Shown: positions 61,913 through 64,000 of the stretch, one piece after another
Layout: each line of letters opens with the position of its first letter
Position numbering within the stretch: the first letter of the stretch is position 1
Origin: an uncultured Pelagibacteraceae bacterium
GTDB lineage: Bacteria > Pseudomonadota > Alphaproteobacteria > Pelagibacterales > Pelagibacteraceae
Assembly: GCA_902552985.1 (NCBI GenBank)
Contig: CACDII010000004.1
Span: forward strand, 2,540 to 66,539
Reading direction: 5' to 3'
DNA length: 64,000 nt
The notes under the pieces: generated by a model
Database searches by the model: none
What the model was told of the DNA's origin: nothing
Seen by the model: only the letters and a program-made list of their open reading frames with translations
Translations under genes and position numbers: made by a program

Positions 61913-64000
61913 TTAAATAACTTCTTTTATAATTGGTTTTAAACTTATTGGATTTTTCAGTTTATCTAACATTTCCTTTGGACAAATTTGTACAAAATTT
62001 GAAATTTCCTTATCAAAGTTTCTAAGTATTTCTTTAGACAAATTAGAATTTGTCTCTTTAAAATGTTCTTTGACTAAAGTTTTTAAATGATTAATCCAAT
62101 AGTCTGTTTCTGGTGTTTGCCATATTACAGTTTCGCTGTTTACTCTTTTTTCAAATTGATCATTCATATCATAAACAAAAGCCATACCACCTGTCATTCC
62201 TGCGGCAAAATTATCACCTACCTGACCAAGAATAATTATAGTTCCTCCCGTCATATATTCACATCCATTAGTATCGCATCCTTCTATTACAGAAATTGCT
62301 CCTGAGTTTCTTACTGCAAATCTTTCACCGGCTTGACCAGCTGCAAAAAGTTTACCTGATGTAGCACCATACAATGCAGTATTTCCAATTATAGTATTTT
62401 CGTTAGAATTCAAATTACTTTCGTCAGCTAATTTTATTGAAATTAATGCTCCCGACAAACCTTTAGCAACATAATCATTTGCATCGCCTTTTAACAAAAG
62501 CTTTAAACCTTTAATTCCAAATGCACCAAATGACTGTCCTGCCGAGCCTTTAAATTTTAAAGTTAGGAAGTTATCCTCTAATTTATTGTTGCCATACTTT
62601 TTAAGTAAATAATGAGATATTCTTGTACCAACAGCTCTATGAATATTTTTTATAATAAATTCTTTTTCAATTATTTTATTTTTGCCAATGCTCTTTTGGA
62701 TTTCAGGAAGTATTTTTTGATCTAAAGTATCTGGAACTTGGATAACTTCTTTTTTTTTACAATATCTTTTTTTTTCTCCAGAATCCGGCAAAACGAATAG
62801 AGGATGTAAATCTAGATCGTCTAGATTTGAAGATCCAGTACTTACTTGCTTTAATAAATCTGTACGTCCAATAATTTCATTTAATGTTTTAAACCCTAAA
62901 TCAGCTAAAATTTCTCTAACTTCTTGAGCAATAAATGTAAACAAGTTAACAACTTTTTCTGGAGTTCCGCTAAATTTTTCTCTTAATTTTTCATCTTGAG
63001 TACAAACTCCCACTGGACATGTATTTGAATGACATTGCCTAACCATTATACATCCCATAGCTACAAGAGCTGTTGTGGCTACTCCGTATTCTTCTGCACC
63101 CATCATTGCGGCTATAACAACATCTCGTCCTGTTTTAATTCCTCCATCAGTTCTTAATGTAACATTTTCCCTTAAATTATTTAAAGTCAAAACCTGATTA
63201 ACCTCCGTCAAGCCCATTTCCCAAGGTACTCCAACATATTTAACACTAGTTTGTGGTGTGGCTCCAGTACCACCGTTATGTCCTGATATTAATATTATAT
63301 CTGCTTTGGCCTTAGCTACTCCAGCAGCTATTGTTCCAATTCCTGAAGAAGCAACAAGCTTAACTCCTATTCTTGCATTTGGATTAACTTGTTTTAAATC
63401 ATAAATTAGCTGAGCAAGATCCTCTATAGAATATATATCGTGATGAGGAGGTGGGGATATTAGTGTTACTCCAGGTGTAGAGTGTCTTAGCTTAGCAATT
63501 TCATCAGTTACTTTAAAACCTGGTAACTGTCCACCCTCACCTGGTTTCGCGCCTTGTGCAATTTTAATCTCAATCTCATTACAATTATTTAGATAATTAA
63601 TTGTCACACCAAATCTAGCTGATGCAATTTGTTTTACTCTTGAATTTGCGCTATCATTATTATTCATTAAAAAAAATCTTTTCTCATCTTCTCCACCTTC
63701 ACCACTACATGATGCGCCTTTAATTCTATTCATTCCGATAGCCAAAGTTTCGTGTGCTTCTTTTGATAATGCTCCGTGCGACATGCTTCCGCTTCCAAAT
63801 CTTTTCAAGATCTCTGTTACTGGCTCGACCTCTGTTATATTTATAGATGATTTTAAGTATCTTTTTCTAAAATCGATTAAATCTCTAATATTAATTGGTG
63901 GAAGATTATAAATTCCTTTGGCATATTTTTTATATGTCTCAAATGAATTCTTTGTTACAGCATTTTGAAGCAAATGAATTAATTCACCTTGATATTGATG
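61913..64000 (-). CDS. gltB: glutamate synthase large subunit, 3' part (continues past window end)
   Basis: SMS.GALS.EAH, QIASARFGV, KIAQGAKPGEGGQLPG, C..VRQCH.NTCP.G [3Fe-4S], GXGXG domain. Confidence 0.96.
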   Translation of the reverse strand, partial: HQYQGELIHLLQNAVTKNSFETYKKYAKGIYNLPPINIRDLIDFRKRYLKSSINITEVEPVTEILKRFGSGSMSHGALSKEAHETLAIGMNRIKGASCSGEGGEDEKRFFLMNNNDSANSRVKQIASARFGVTINYLNNCNEIEIKIAQGAKPGEGGQLPGFKVTDEIAKLRHSTPGVTLISPPPHHDIYSIEDLAQLIYDLKQVNPNARIGVKLVASSGIGTIAAGVAKAKADIILISGHNGGTGATPQTSVKYVGVPWEMGLTEVNQVLTLNNLRENVTLRTDGGIKTGRDVVIAAMMGAEEYGVATTALVAMGCIMVRQCHSNTCPVGVCTQDEKLREKFSGTPEKVVNLFTFIAQEVREILADLGFKTLNEIIGRTDLLKQVSTGSSNLDDLDLHPLFVLPDSGEKKRYCKKKEVIQVPDTLDQKILPEIQKSIGKNKIIEKEFIIKNIHRAVGTRISHYLLKKYGNNKLEDNFLTLKFKGSAGQSFGAFGIKGLKLLLKGDANDYVAKGLSGALISIKLADESNLNSNENTIIGNTALYGATSGKLFAAGQAGERFAVRNSGAISVIEGCDTNGCEYMTGGTIIILGQVGDNFAAGMTGGMAFVYDMNDQFEKRVNSETVIWQTPETDYWINHLKTLVKEHFKETNSNLSKEILRNFDKEISNFVQICPKEMLDKLKNPISLKPIIKEVI

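Overview
Very AT-rich, gene-dense alphaproteobacterial chromosome segment. Gene order, tiny intergenic spaces and protein motifs fit a streamlined Pelagibacterales (SAR11)-type genome; this is an inference, no database search was run. It is mostly core genome: ubiA, lipid A genes (msbA, waaA, lpxK, lpxL), purD, trpFBA-accD-folC, trxA, hisS-hisZ-hisG, hisD, murA, dcd, rpmH-rnpA-yidD-yidC, argB, dapDE, truA-fmt-def, aroKB, cobST-like, regB-like kinase, gyrB, lepA, pheST, rplT-rpmI-infC-thrS and the 3' part of gltB. There are four tRNAs (His, Phe, Thr, Ser) and a small glycosylation islet beside tRNA-Ser. No CRISPR, IS element, integrase or prophage was seen. The top candidate novelty is an unannotated 24-codon His-rich ORF (MIKKVKSSGNLHRHHSHAGCALAI), probably leaderless, within a foldable RNA directly upstream of tRNA-His, whose CCA ends 5 nt before the hisS start. 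This suggests a histidine-sensing leader-peptide control over a tRNA-His-hisS-hisZ-hisG transcript. Other leads: a three-nuclease cluster (ExoI, stand-alone PD-(D/E)XK, RmuC) beside trxA with a long leader hairpin, a TrpB with altered catalytic motifs, a tRNA-Phe with an A18/G55 swap, an HDAC plus SET-domain pair, and a RegB with Ser after the phospho-His.
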